Shown piece after piece: positions 8,585 to 17,967 of a DNA stretch of 64,000 nucleotides. Location of the stretch: positions 24,404-88,403 of the forward strand of contig JAUSHZ010000007.1 in assembly GCA_030648255.1 (NCBI GenBank), given 5' to 3'. The translations under genes and the position numbers were made by a program. This DNA is from a bacterium. Its GTDB lineage: Bacteria > Patescibacteriota > Minisyncoccia > Minisyncoccales > CG1-02-41-26. Each line of letters begins with the position of its first letter. Positions within the stretch are counted from its first letter, which is position 1. Below the pieces are notes generated by a model that was not told where the DNA came from, made no database searches, and saw only the letters and a list, made by a program, of their open reading frames with translations.

Positions 8585-9337
8585 TTATTTTGTAAGAATT
8601 TCTGCTCCTTTTCTTGTAATGGCTATGGTGTGCTCGAAATGGCAAGATAGGGAGCCGTCGGCTGTTTTATAGCCGAAGCCGTCATTAGCTTTTCTTAATT
8701 TCCAATTACCCATTGTTACCATTGGCTCAAGGCAAAAAACCATGCCAACCTCAATCTTTTCACCAGAGTTTCGCTTGCCATAGTTAGAAATTTTTGGGTC
8801 TTCATGCAATGCCTTGCCAATACCATGCCCGCACAAATCCCTAACCACATTAAACCCTTGGTATTCAACAAACCTTTGCACAATATTGCCAATATCTCCA
8901 AAAGTATTACCCGGCCTTGCTTTAGCAATGGCTAGTTTCAACGCTTTTTGCGTGGCTTTAATAAGCCGAATCTTTTCCGAATCCTCTGCTTCAGGCTTGC
9001 CCACCAGAGTAGAAAAAGCGTAATCAGAAAAATAATCTTGATATTTAATTCCTAAATCCAAACAAAGCAAATCGCCCTGCTTTAGAATATAACCATCGGG
9101 CACCCCATGCACCACCATATCATTAATAGAAATACAAGAAACACAAGGAAATCCTTCGTAATCTTTAAAGGCTGGTTCGGCCCTATATTCTAAAATAAGA
9201 TTTTCACACGCTCTGTCTAATTCTTTAGAAATAATGCCCGGAGCTATCATTGGCTTTATTTTTTCAATAATTTCAGCCAAAATTTTTCCAGCCTCTCGCA
9301 TTATTTTTATCTCATTTTCTGTTTTAATAATTATCAT
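8585..9337 (-). CDS. map: Methionine aminopeptidase type I
   Basis: 250 aa with MetAP metal-ligand motifs (D...D...H...E...E). Confidence 0.9.
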   Translation of the reverse strand: MIIIKTENEIKIMREAGKILAEIIEKIKPMIAPGIISKELDRACENLILEYRAEPAFKDYEGFPCVSCISINDMVVHGVPDGYILKQGDLLCLDLGIKYQDYFSDYAFSTLVGKPEAEDSEKIRLIKATQKALKLAIAKARPGNTFGDIGNIVQRFVEYQGFNVVRDLCGHGIGKALHEDPKISNYGKRNSGEKIEVGMVFCLEPMVTMGNWKLRKANDGFGYKTADGSLSCHFEHTIAITRKGAEILTK

Positions 9338-10001
9338 TTTTCTTTCTCACTTCATCTAAAATATCTTGAAAAACTTTTTCAATTGCCTGTTCGCCATTTA
9401 TCTTAATAAGTCGCTTTTTCTTTTTAAAATATTTTATTACCTTGCTCACGTCTTTATCAAAATAATCAAGCCGATTATTTATGGCTTGGGGAATATCGTC
9501 TGCTCTTTCTTCTAAATCACCGCCGCACTTATCGCAAGCTTGCAAGCTTTTATAATCCCCAACCCAAGGAATAATCTGTCCGCAATTCTTGCAAATTCTT
9601 CTTTTAGTTAATCTATCAAAAGCCTCTTTTCTTGAAATATTAAGCAAAATAACCATAGTACTTTTTTTTCTATCTAAGTAATCCAAAAAATCGTCTAGGT
9701 CTTTTGCCTCCTGCAATCTTCTTGGCATTCCATCCATAATAATTCCTTGCCCCTCTTTAACATTAAAAGCAATTTCGTGCATCCATAAAGTAGTAGCAAT
9801 ATCGTCAAATGGCAAGCCACCCCCTTCAATCAATTCTTTAATATGATGGCCCATTTCTGTATCTTGCCCAGCTAATTTTCTAAATAAAGAACCTGAAGAA
9901 ATGTAATAAAGATTACCAAAATGCTCACCTAAAAGCTTAGCTTGCGTACCCTTGCCACACCCCGCCCTGCCAATTAGAACAAAATTTATAGGTTTATGCA
10001 T
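9324..10001 (-). CDS. adk: Adenylate kinase (Zn-finger lid)
   Basis: P-loop GRAGCGKGTQ and a C-x2-C...C-x2-C lid. Occupies the secY-adk-map position. Confidence 0.9.
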   Translation of the reverse strand: MHKPINFVLIGRAGCGKGTQAKLLGEHFGNLYYISSGSLFRKLAGQDTEMGHHIKELIEGGGLPFDDIATTLWMHEIAFNVKEGQGIIMDGMPRRLQEAKDLDDFLDYLDRKKSTMVILLNISRKEAFDRLTKRRICKNCGQIIPWVGDYKSLQACDKCGGDLEERADDIPQAINNRLDYFDKDVSKVIKYFKKKKRLIKINGEQAIEKVFQDILDEVRKKNDNY

Positions 10002-10024
10002 ATTATTTAATGATAACAGAATTT

Positions 10025-10052
10025 AAAAAAGGGGCAAAGCCCCTATCGCACA
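10025..10052 (-). terminator. Intrinsic terminator (minus strand) between lipoprotein gene and adk
   Basis: On the minus strand, aggggctttgcccct followed by ttttttaaatt. Confidence 0.5.
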
Positions 10053-10239
10053 TATTTAATATATCATAAAAAAACTAACTTTCAATACTTGTGGATAATT
10101 CGGGTTAAATATTTTGATTCACTTTTGCGACGACCGTCTCAGAATTGAATCGTTTGAGATTTATGTTTTTTTAGCTTGAAATAAAGAAAAACAGGCTGGT
10201 CAGACCTGTATATTAGTTAACTTAACGACCGACTTTATT

Positions 10240-10524
10240 TTATCGAAAAACTACAAAATACCCACAGTTGACCCCATAGGGTTGATCAGTTGAATCGTCT
10301 GCTATAGAAATAAGTGTAAGGTTAGAGTGATTGGCAATAAATTTAGATAAAGAATTACCAAATGCCGCTTGAGTGGCAGCGAAATAATATACACCATTCC
10401 CATAATTAACTGGGGAAATAGTTTCTGTGGAATTAACTTTTGTTTCTTTGCCCGCATTACTACCACAGCCACAAATTATAAGAACAAGAACCATTAGAGA
10501 TATCAATATCGCTATTTTTCTCAT
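10240..10524 (-). CDS. Small lipoprotein
   Basis: Signal peptide with lipobox LIICGC. SD GAGGAG sits upstream. Confidence 0.6.
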   Translation of the reverse strand: MRKIAILISLMVLVLIICGCGSNAGKETKVNSTETISPVNYGNGVYYFAATQAAFGNSLSKFIANHSNLTLISIADDSTDQPYGVNCGYFVVFR

Positions 10525-10679
10525 TTTTTAACTCCTCTTAGATAATTTACCTAAAGCCAGTTTAAAGTATTCACGACAACACAAATATTACTACTTAACC
10601 ACAAAAAATCAAGCCATGCTGTCAAAACCCGATTTTGGGCTCCCTAAAAATCGGATTTCAAGGGATCCTTGATTGAAAT

Positions 10680-10712
10680 AAACAAAAAACGCCTTTCGGC
10701 GAGATATATATT
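10680..10712 (-). terminator. Intrinsic terminator downstream of secY
   Basis: On the minus strand, ctcgccgaaaggcg followed by ttttttgtttattt. Confidence 0.5.
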
Positions 10713-10937
10713 CTTTTTTCTCTTCACCCCCCAACAAGAAAACTTGGAGAAATGCGAGCTTGTTTGTTTTTCTTTGCCTTACGAAGAGAGATTAGAAAAT
10801 TTAGGAGCGAAACGAGGGAAAATAGTGGTAGGTCGCCGAAGGCGATCGGGCACCACGTAATTTTTCCGAAGTTTCGCGACTAAAATTTTCAAGCTCTTGA
10901 AGTTCAGCAAAGAAAAATAAATAAGCGAAGTCAGCTT

Positions 10938-12221
10938 CTACAAGTTTTCGTAGTCCCTCATTTCCATTTGGGCTTTTACTTGCCTCCAAATATCCAAAAC
11001 CACAGAAACCACAATCAATATGGCAGTTCCTCCAATTAAAAATTGAAAAGCCACCACCCCTGTTATCCCCTGAATAATTGAAGGCATTACCGCAATTAAG
11101 CTTAAAGATAAAGCGCCAATAAAAAGTGTGCGGTATAAAATCTTTTGCAAAAACTTGGCAGTTGATTCCCCCGGCCTAATGCCTGGCACAAAGCCACCCA
11201 TTTTTTGCAAGTTAGTGGCAATTGATTTTGGGTCAAAGGTAACGGCTGTGTAGAAAAAAGTAAACAGAAAAACCAAAACAAAAAATAGAGATCCGTTCAC
11301 CCAAACATTTGATAAAAATAATGAAACTGCCTTGGCGGTATTGGCAATAAAAGCGTTTCCTCCAACAGTTAAAAAATTAGCAATCATTGTAGGGAAAAGT
11401 AAAATGCTTAAAGCAAAAATAATAGGAATCACGCCAGCCGGGTTTAAATTAATTGGCAAATAAGTGGACACACCTCCATACATTTTATTGCCCCGCACTC
11501 TCTTGGCATAGTTAACTGGAATATTTCTTTTCGCTTCAGTTATTAAGACAACTCCAGCAATAATTACCAAAGCAATGATAAAAAATGCAATATATGGAAG
11601 CGCTTTTGAAGAGTCCCAACTTAAAGCAATTTGTCTGATTTGCGAAGGCGTATCAGCCACAATGCCAGCAAATATCAAAATTGAAACACCATTACCAACA
11701 CCCTTTTCAGTAATAAGTTCGCCAAGCCACATTAAAAATAACGCCCCCCCAGTAATTGTGATAATAGAGGTAATCATTTGCCACGCTGGCAAAACAGCAA
11801 TGGCTCCCTGTTTCTGAAATAGCATTAACATTGCGTAGGCCTGTAATACTGCTAAAGGCACTGTTAAAATTCTGCCATATTTATTAAACCTGGCTCTGCC
11901 TGCTTCTCCTTCTTCTTTATACATTTTTTCCAAAGCTGGAAAAATCATTGTTAAAAGCTGAATAATAATGGTTGAAGTGATATACGGGCCCAAGCCAAGC
12001 ATAACAATTGATAAATTAGAAAAAGCCCCCCCGACGAAAACATTTAAAAGCCCCAAAAGCTCGTTTTGGCTAAAAAATCTTTTTAAATTTTCTAAGTCAA
12101 TCCCTGGAATGGGAATGTTAGCGGCCAATCGTGAAACAGCCAACAAAGCCAAAACAAATAGAATTTTATTTCTTAATTGTTTGTCTTTAAATATTAATAA
12201 TAGTTTTTGAAACCACTCCAT
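10938..12221 (-). CDS. secY: Preprotein translocase subunit SecY
   Basis: 427 aa with 10 TM segments. Sits at the end of the spc operon. Confidence 0.9.
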   Translation of the reverse strand: MEWFQKLLLIFKDKQLRNKILFVLALLAVSRLAANIPIPGIDLENLKRFFSQNELLGLLNVFVGGAFSNLSIVMLGLGPYITSTIIIQLLTMIFPALEKMYKEEGEAGRARFNKYGRILTVPLAVLQAYAMLMLFQKQGAIAVLPAWQMITSIITITGGALFLMWLGELITEKGVGNGVSILIFAGIVADTPSQIRQIALSWDSSKALPYIAFFIIALVIIAGVVLITEAKRNIPVNYAKRVRGNKMYGGVSTYLPINLNPAGVIPIIFALSILLFPTMIANFLTVGGNAFIANTAKAVSLFLSNVWVNGSLFFVLVFLFTFFYTAVTFDPKSIATNLQKMGGFVPGIRPGESTAKFLQKILYRTLFIGALSLSLIAVMPSIIQGITGVVAFQFLIGGTAILIVVSVVLDIWRQVKAQMEMRDYENL

Positions 12222-12409
12222 GTTAGTAATTCTTAATTGAACGGCGAATTTATGAGCTGTGAAATTTAGAATTTCTTACACCCCGTGGAGTAGAAATTTG
12301 CTCTGCAAATTTCTATTTTAAATTTTTTACTAAAAATTTAAAATTACTCCACAGGGTAAATTCCGCTTGCCAATCGCGCTTCGATTACTCAGCACTCTTG
12401 GAGCGTCAT
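12222..12409 (-). repeat. Intergenic modular repeat copy 6 (head B, middle II, tail 4 variant)
   Basis: Sequence catgttagtaattcttaattgaacggcgaatttatgagctgtgaaatttagaa...ggagcgtcatTTA. The last tta is the rplO stop. Confidence 0.9.
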
Positions 12410-12841
12410 TTACTTTACTGTTCCTCCTGCTTTTTCTATTTTAACTTGAGCAGCTTTTGAAACCAAGCAATCCTCAATAGTAAGTGATTTAGTAAGTTCG
12501 CCATTTCCTAAAATTTTTACCAATGGAACTTTGCCTATAATTTTTCTAATTAATTTTTTATCAACTAAAACTTCCGGGGTAATTTTGTCTCCTTTTTCAA
12601 AATTCTTTTCTAAAACATTAAGATTTATAGAGGCTGTTTCTTCTCCTCTTAATTCCTGCCTGTATCCTCTTATTTTTGGATATCTTTTAATAATCTCTCT
12701 CATAAAGGGTTGCATTTTTCTCCCAGCCCTTGATTTTTGGCCTTTGCAACCCTTCCCACAGTAAGTTCCCTTCTTGCCTCCTCTGCCAATTCTTTTTCTA
12801 TCTTTTGTCTTATTATTTGGTTGTATTTCGTGAATTTGCAT
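12410..12841 (-). CDS. rplO: 50S ribosomal protein L15
   Basis: Starts MQIHEIQPN...RIGRGGKKG...GQKSRAG. Confidence 0.9.
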   Translation of the reverse strand: MQIHEIQPNNKTKDRKRIGRGGKKGTYCGKGCKGQKSRAGRKMQPFMREIIKRYPKIRGYRQELRGEETASINLNVLEKNFEKGDKITPEVLVDKKLIRKIIGKVPLVKILGNGELTKSLTIEDCLVSKAAQVKIEKAGGTVK

Positions 12842-13040
12842 GTTAGTAATTCTTAATTGAACTGCGAACGATTAGTGAGCTGTGAAATTTAGAAGTACTT
12901 ACACCCTGTGGAGTAGAAATTTGCTCTGCAAATTTCTGTTTTAAATTTTTAGTAAAAAATTTAAAACTACTCCACGGGGTAAATTCCGCCTTCCACTCAA
13001 ACTTCGGCTAATCGCCTCGTTTTCGTGGGGCGTCATTTAA
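12842..13040 (-). repeat. Intergenic modular repeat copy 7 (head B, middle II, tail 3); tail overlaps rpsE 3' end
   Basis: The tail ...cttcggctaatcgcctcgttttcgtggggcgtcattta is homologous to the copy-3 tail. Here it is read in frame as the last 11 codons of S5 ([10 protein letters not shown]). Confidence 0.85.
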
Positions 13041-13526
13041 CTGTTGTAAGGCCGCTACTGTTGCCCGGGCGATATTTAATTTATTTCTTGATCTTGACAA
13101 TAACTTTGATGATATATTCCTAATTCCAGCTAAACTGCAAATAACTCTTACCTGGCCGCCAGCCACCAACCCCCTACCTTTTGCCTGAGGCCTTAACAAA
13201 ACCCTTGCTGGGCCATACTTTGCTGTAACCTCATGGGGAATTGTTTCCTCAAACATTGGAACAGAAATTAAATTCTTCTTGGCCAACCGAGTTGATTTTT
13301 CAACAGCAATTGCCACATCAGGCCCCTTGGCCACACCTAATCCAATTTTTCCCTTTTTATTGCCAACCACCACAACTGCCCTAAACCTCATTTGCTTTCC
13401 TCCCTTTGTTACTCTTGTAACTCTGGCTAAATCTAAAACCACCGAGTCGAACTCATCTTTCGGTTTTGCTGGAAATTGACCTCTTCTTTCTCTATTAAAT
13501 TTTCCTTGTTGTTGCTGTTGTTCCAT
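13008..13526 (-). CDS. rpsE: 30S ribosomal protein S5 (C-terminus encoded by repeat tail)
   Basis: 172 aa with an S5 dsRBD-like domain. No L30 gene lies between rpsE and rplO. Confidence 0.9.
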   Translation of the reverse strand: MEQQQQQGKFNRERRGQFPAKPKDEFDSVVLDLARVTRVTKGGKQMRFRAVVVVGNKKGKIGLGVAKGPDVAIAVEKSTRLAKKNLISVPMFEETIPHEVTAKYGPARVLLRPQAKGRGLVAGGQVRVICSLAGIRNISSKLLSRSRNKLNIARATVAALQQLNDAPRKRGD

Positions 13527-13720
13527 GTTAGTAATTCTTAATTGAACGGCGAACGATTAGTGAGCTGTGAAGTTTAGAAGTACTTACACCCTGTGGAGTA
13601 GAAATTTGCTCTGCAAATTTCTGTTTTAAATTTTTTACTAAAAATTTAAAACTACTCCACGGGGTAAATTCCGCTTGCCAATCGTGCCTCACCTGCTGGC
13701 TCGCACTCTTGGAGCGTCAT
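13527..13720 (-). repeat. Intergenic modular repeat copy 8 (head B, middle II, tail 4)
   Basis: Runs from the rpsE ATG to the rplR stop (gagcgtcatTTAaaattg). Confidence 0.9.
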
Positions 13721-14065
13721 TTAAAATTGTAGCCCACCTTCTCTCGCTCCTTCAGCCAACGCTTTTATTCTACCATGATATTTAAAGCCTCCTCTATCAA
13801 AAACAACTTTTTTAATCTTTTTTTCTATTGCTAATTTAGCAATTTCCTTACCAACATTAAAAGCCTTTTCTAATTTTTTCAGTTTTTTCTCTTTTGAATC
13901 GTTTGCTGAAATAATAGTTTTGCCTTTTGTGTCGTCAATTATTTGAGCATAGATATGCTGGTTTGATTTAAATACGCAAAGCCGAGGCGCGGTTGGTGTG
14001 CCAATGACTTTTGCCCTGATTCGGCTGTGTCTTCTTGTTCTTTTTTGTTGTTTTGTCTGTTGCAT
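13721..14065 (-). CDS. rplR: 50S ribosomal protein L18
   Basis: 114 aa with L18 motifs [17 protein letters not shown]. Confidence 0.9.
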   Translation of the reverse strand: MQQTKQQKRTRRHSRIRAKVIGTPTAPRLCVFKSNQHIYAQIIDDTKGKTIISANDSKEKKLKKLEKAFNVGKEIAKLAIEKKIKKVVFDRGGFKYHGRIKALAEGAREGGLQF

Positions 14066-14258
14066 GTTAGTAGTCGTTAATGAATGAGTGGCGATTAGCC
14101 ACGAGTGAATTTACGAATTCTTACACCCTGTGGAGTAGAAATTTGCTCTGCAAATTTCTGTTTCAAATTTTTAGCAAAAAATTTGAAACTACACCACGGG
14201 GTAAGTCCTCCGTAAGCTCTGGCTTCGGCTAATCGCCTTGCCATCGCTAACGGATTAC
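14066..14258 (-). repeat. Intergenic modular repeat copy 9 (head C, middle II, tail 2)
   Basis: Sequence catgttagtagtcgttaatgaatgagtggcgattagccacgagtgaatttacgaa...cgctaacggattacTTA. Confidence 0.9.
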
Positions 14259-14819
14259 TTATTTTCCAGCTTTCTTGCCCTCTTTCTTGCGGACAATTTC
14301 ACCAAAATATCTAACGCCCTTGCCTTTGTATGGCTCTGGCTTTCTTAAAGCTCTTATTTTTGCTGCAAACTGGCCAACCTGTTGCTTGTCAAAACCAAAA
14401 ATATTTATAAATTGTTTTTCTATTTTTATAGACAAACCCCCTGGAATCTCCATAAAAATAGGGTGAGAAAAACCCAAGTCCAATCTTATTTTCGATTCTC
14501 CCTCCATAGCAGCCTTGTATCCAACTCCCCTAAGCTCTAATTTCTTTTCAAATCCAACTGAGACGCCATGAACATGGTTCAATAATAAAGCAGTGGTTAA
14601 CCCCCAGAGAGCAGGAATTTCTTTGCTCTCTTTTTCCTGTCTGCCGACAGGCAGGGCTGGCTTTACAACTAAAATATTACCTTGTTGTTCCACAACAATA
14701 CCAACAGGAATTTCCTGTTTTATCTCTCCCTTAGGCCCTTTAAATAAAACATTATCTTTTTCAAGAATAACTGTTACGCCTTGGGGTATTTCTATTGGTT
14801 TTTTTCCTATTCTTGACAT
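14259..14819 (-). CDS. rplF: 50S ribosomal protein L6
   Basis: True start MSRIGKKPIEIP (cat 14817-14819). The ORF track adds MKTHTISN from the repeat head. Confidence 0.9.
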   Translation of the reverse strand: MSRIGKKPIEIPQGVTVILEKDNVLFKGPKGEIKQEIPVGIVVEQQGNILVVKPALPVGRQEKESKEIPALWGLTTALLLNHVHGVSVGFEKKLELRGVGYKAAMEGESKIRLDLGFSHPIFMEIPGGLSIKIEKQFINIFGFDKQQVGQFAAKIRALRKPEPYKGKGVRYFGEIVRKKEGKKAGK

Positions 14820-15021
14820 GTTAGAAATTGTGTGAGTTTTCAAGCTATAATCTTTTTTATGGCTTGAAAACTCATTACAAGTTCTTACACCCTGTGGAGT
14901 AGAAATTTGCTCCGCAAATTTCTGTTTTAAATTTTTTACTAAAAATTTAAAACTACTCCACGGGGTAAGGTATCCGTAAGCTCGGGCTTCGCCTGCTGGC
15001 TCGCCCTCGCTAACGGCTACC
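14820..15021 (-). repeat. Intergenic modular repeat copy 10 (head D, middle II, tail 2)
   Basis: Sequence catgttagaaattgtgtgagttttcaagctataatcttttttatggcttgaaaactcattacaag...cgctaacggctaccTTA. Confidence 0.9.
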
Positions 15022-15411
15022 TTACCACACTTCCACCATTAATTCACCTCCGACTTTATCTTTTCTGGCTTGCTTATCTGTTAATAAACCATTGGTGGTT
15101 GAAACAATAGATAAGCCATAGCCACTTCTTACCTTTGAAATCTCGTCTGCTTTTTTATAAATTCTTTGCCCTGGCTTTGAAATCCTTTTAAACCCAGAGA
15201 CGGCTGGCATCTTTTCATTATATTTTAACTGTATTTTTATAATTTGAAACGGCTTTTTCCCTTTTTTCTTGCAATCCAAAATAAGCCCCTCTGCTTTTAA
15301 AATTTCAGCAATTGAGTATCTTAGTTTTGAAAAAGGAACATCGGTTGTTTTATGGAAAACAACTTGAGCGTTCCTTATTCTATTAAACATGTCTGTTATT
15401 GGATCGGTCAT
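15022..15411 (-). CDS. rpsH: 30S ribosomal protein S8
   Basis: True start MTDPITDMFNRIRNA. The start context here is ttctaaT-ATG rather than ttctaaC-ATG. Confidence 0.9.
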   Translation of the reverse strand: MTDPITDMFNRIRNAQVVFHKTTDVPFSKLRYSIAEILKAEGLILDCKKKGKKPFQIIKIQLKYNEKMPAVSGFKRISKPGQRIYKKADEISKVRSGYGLSIVSTTNGLLTDKQARKDKVGGELMVEVW

Positions 15412-15612
15412 ATTAGAAGTTGTGTGAGTTTTCAAGCTATAATTTTTTTTATGGCTTGAAAACTCATTACAAATTCTTATACCCCGTGGAGTAGAAATTT
15501 GCTCTGCAAATTTCTGTTTTAAATTTTTTACTAAAAATTTAAAACTACTCCACAGGGTAAGTCCTCCGTAAGCTCTGGCTCGGCTGTTGCCTCGCCATAG
15601 CTAACGGATTAC
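15412..15612 (-). repeat. Intergenic modular repeat copy 11 (head D, middle II, tail 2)
   Basis: Very close to copy 10. Ends ...agctaacggattacTTA at the rpsN stop. Confidence 0.9.
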
Positions 15613-15798
15613 TTACCAAGACGACTTCTTAATCCCGGGTATTTCTCCTTTACTTGCCATTTCCCTAAAACAAATTCTGCACAAACCAAAGTCCCTTATA
15701 AATCCCCTGTACCTTCCGCACTTAAAACATCGCCTCACTATTCTTGAAGAAAACTTTGGTTTTCGGTTTGATTGATTAATTAATGATTTTTTTGCCAT
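15613..15798 (-). CDS. rpsN: 30S ribosomal protein S14, Zn-ribbon type
   Basis: 61 aa with C-x2-C...C-x2-C. Confidence 0.9.
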   Translation of the reverse strand: MAKKSLINQSNRKPKFSSRIVRRCFKCGRYRGFIRDFGLCRICFREMASKGEIPGIKKSSW

Positions 15799-16020
15799 GT
15801 TAGTGATTCTTAATTGAACGGCGAGCGATTAGCGAGCTGTGAAATTTAGAATGACTTACACCCCGTTAAGTGCGAGCGATTAGCGAGCTACTTAACTGGG
15901 GTTTCGTTGTATTCTTACCCCACCCCAGTGAAGTAGAATTTGAGTACAAATTCACTTCACGGGGTAAGGCTCTGCTACCGCTCAACCTTCGCCTTCGGCT
16001 CGGCTTCACGGGCAGAAGCC
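15799..16020 (-). repeat. Intergenic modular repeat copy 12 (head B, middle I, tail 3-like); tail overlaps rplE 3' end
   Basis: The tail ccgctcaaccttcgccttcggctcggcttcacgggcagaagcc is homologous to the tail-3 family. It encodes the L5 C-terminal residues ...ASAREAEPKAKVER*. Confidence 0.8.
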
Positions 16021-16634
16021 TTAAATGGAAACCCCAGCAATCTTAATAATGCAGCGCCTTCTTCCTTTGTTTTGGCTGTTGTTGAAATTGTTACTTCTAA
16101 TCCAAAAATGCCTTTCTCTTTTTCAACTTTCAATTCAGGAAATGGAACATACTCTTTAAATCCAACTGTAATATCTCCTTGGCTTGTCATAGATTTCTCT
16201 TCAACGCCCCTAAAGTCTCTAGACCTTGGCAAAACAACCCAAATCAACTTCTCTAAAAAATCATACATTCTTTTCTTTCTTAAGGTGCAGCTGGCTCCAA
16301 CCGCCATACCTTCTCTTAGCTTGAAAGCAGCAATTGATTTTTTTGCTTTATTTAGAGATGGTTTTTGCCCGGTAATAGCGGCTATTGATTGAGCAATATA
16401 TTCTTCCGCTTTTTCTCTCTCACTGGCGCTTTTTCCAATAACCATTTTGCCAAAACCGCAATTAACAACAATCTTCTTTATTTTTGGCACAGCCATAACA
16501 GAACTATACCCGAATTTCTTCGTCATTTCAGGAATAACTATTTTATTGTATTGCTCTTGTAATTTCATATTTTTCATGAAGCTGTCGAAGCTGTTGAAAC
16601 CGAGCTTCTGGAAGCCCTTGAAGCTCGGTTTCAA
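15975..16634 (-). CDS. rplE: 50S ribosomal protein L5 (with N- and C-terminal extensions)
   Basis: 219 aa. The core is NYSSVMAVPKIKKIVVNCGFG. Confidence 0.85.
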   Translation of the reverse strand: MKPSFKGFQKLGFNSFDSFMKNMKLQEQYNKIVIPEMTKKFGYSSVMAVPKIKKIVVNCGFGKMVIGKSASEREKAEEYIAQSIAAITGQKPSLNKAKKSIAAFKLREGMAVGASCTLRKKRMYDFLEKLIWVVLPRSRDFRGVEEKSMTSQGDITVGFKEYVPFPELKVEKEKGIFGLEVTISTTAKTKEEGAALLRLLGFPFKASAREAEPKAKVER

Positions 16635-16655
16635 CAGCTTCAGGCTCCATAGCTT

Positions 16656-16961
16656 TTAAATATCAGCTTTGCATTTCTTGCAAATTCTAACTTTATTTTC
16701 TCCTTCTACCTTATAGCCAATTCTTGTGGGTTTATTGCACTTAGGACATAAAGCCTGCGCTTTGGAGGCATTCATTGGAAAAGAAATTTCCACAATTTGC
16801 CCTTTTTCTCCTTGTTTTTTTGGCTTTTTATGCGTCTTTTTTATATTAACTCCTTCAACCAAAATCATTTCCTTAGATGGAAAGCTTTTTAAAACCTTGG
16901 CTTTCTTGCCTTTATCCTTGCCAGCGATTATTAAAACATTGTCTCCTTTTTTGATTCGCAT
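16656..16961 (-). CDS. rplX: 50S ribosomal protein L24
   Basis: True start MRIKKGDNVLIIAGKDKGK (KOW domain). Cat is at 16959-16961. Confidence 0.9.
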   Translation of the reverse strand: MRIKKGDNVLIIAGKDKGKKAKVLKSFPSKEMILVEGVNIKKTHKKPKKQGEKGQIVEISFPMNASKAQALCPKCNKPTRIGYKVEGENKVRICKKCKADI

Positions 16962-17177
16962 GTTAGAAATTGTGTGAGTTTTCAAGCTATAATCTTTTTT
17001 ATGGCTTGAAAACTCATTACAAGTTCTTACACCCTGTTAAGTGCGAGCGATGAGCGAGCTACTTAACTGGGGTTTGTTTATATTATTCTCATACCCCAGT
17101 GAAGTAGAATTTGATTACAAATTCACTTCACGGGGTTAAGCGATTGTAATGCTCGGCTATCGCCTCGCAGACAATCG
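16962..17177 (-). repeat. Intergenic modular repeat copy 13 (head D, middle I, tail 1)
   Basis: The tail hairpin agcgattgt...acaatcgCTA supplies the TAG stop of rplN. This matches copy 1 and its use at rpsK. Confidence 0.9.
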
Positions 17178-17546
17178 CTAAACAACATCTTTAGCCATGG
17201 TTATTATGGCATCAAATCCTTTTTCTTTTAATTCTCGAGGAACCGGCCCTAAAATTCTATTTCCTTTAGGCTGTTTCTGATCATTTAAAATACAGCAAGC
17301 ATTGTCATCAAATCGCAAATAGGAACCGTCTTTTCTTCTAAACGGACTCTTTTGCCTTACAATAACGGCCTTAACAACCTGATGTTCCTTAACATCGCGC
17401 CTTGGCTCTGCTTTTTTAACCGCTGCAACAATTATGTCGCCAATTCTTGCATATTTCTTTCTTGTGCCTCCAGGCACCCCAAAACACTGAACTATCTTAG
17501 CTCCAGTATTATCTGCCACATTTAACATTGTTCTTAACTGAATCAT
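17178..17546 (-). CDS. rplN: 50S ribosomal protein L14
   Basis: 122 aa starting MIQLRTMLNVADNTGAK. Confidence 0.9.
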   Translation of the reverse strand: MIQLRTMLNVADNTGAKIVQCFGVPGGTRKKYARIGDIIVAAVKKAEPRRDVKEHQVVKAVIVRQKSPFRRKDGSYLRFDDNACCILNDQKQPKGNRILGPVPRELKEKGFDAIITMAKDVV

Positions 17547-17550
17547 GGGT

Positions 17551-17778
17551 TTATTTTTTTACTACTTTCCAACACTTATCTTTACTCAAAGGCCTTGACT
17601 CTTCTATTAAAACCTTGTCTCCAATTTCAAAAATATTGCCCGCTGTATCTGCCTTATACTTTTTCGAAGATGTGTATCGCTTTCTGTATTTTGGATGCAC
17701 CTTTATTGTTTCCACTTTCACCACAACAGTGTTTGTCATTTTATTGGAAACTATTTGTCCTTTTAATATCTTTTTCAT
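17551..17778 (-). CDS. rpsQ: 30S ribosomal protein S17
   Basis: 75 aa. GQIVSNKMTNTVVVKVE is typical of S17. Confidence 0.85.
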   Translation of the reverse strand: MKKILKGQIVSNKMTNTVVVKVETIKVHPKYRKRYTSSKKYKADTAGNIFEIGDKVLIEESRPLSKDKCWKVVKK

Positions 17779-17966
17779 TTTTTTATTAAAGTTAATATGC
17801 GAGCTATATTTCTTCTTGATGTTCTTATCTGTCTAATATCCTTTATTTTTCCAGCAGCCAAATCAAATCTAAAAACTCGAAGATTTTCTTGCTTTTCCCT
17901 CAATGATTTTTGCAAATCATCTTTGCTTAATTTTGAAAGCTCTTTTAGCGCTTCTTGTCTTTTCAT
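17775..17966 (-). CDS. rpmC: 50S ribosomal protein L29
   Basis: 63 aa. L29-like sequence at the expected position, overlapping rpsQ by 4 nt. Confidence 0.8.
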   Translation of the reverse strand: MKRQEALKELSKLSKDDLQKSLREKQENLRVFRFDLAAGKIKDIRQIRTSRRNIARILTLIKK

Positions 17967-17967
17967 A

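Noticed and set aside
12360-12412. boxA-like (CGCTCTT) antitermination motif in repeat tail 4 (cgcactcttgg)
   Set aside because: The motif lies on the plus strand, i.e. antisense to the r-protein transcript, and is present only in tail-4 copies. Likely coincidental.
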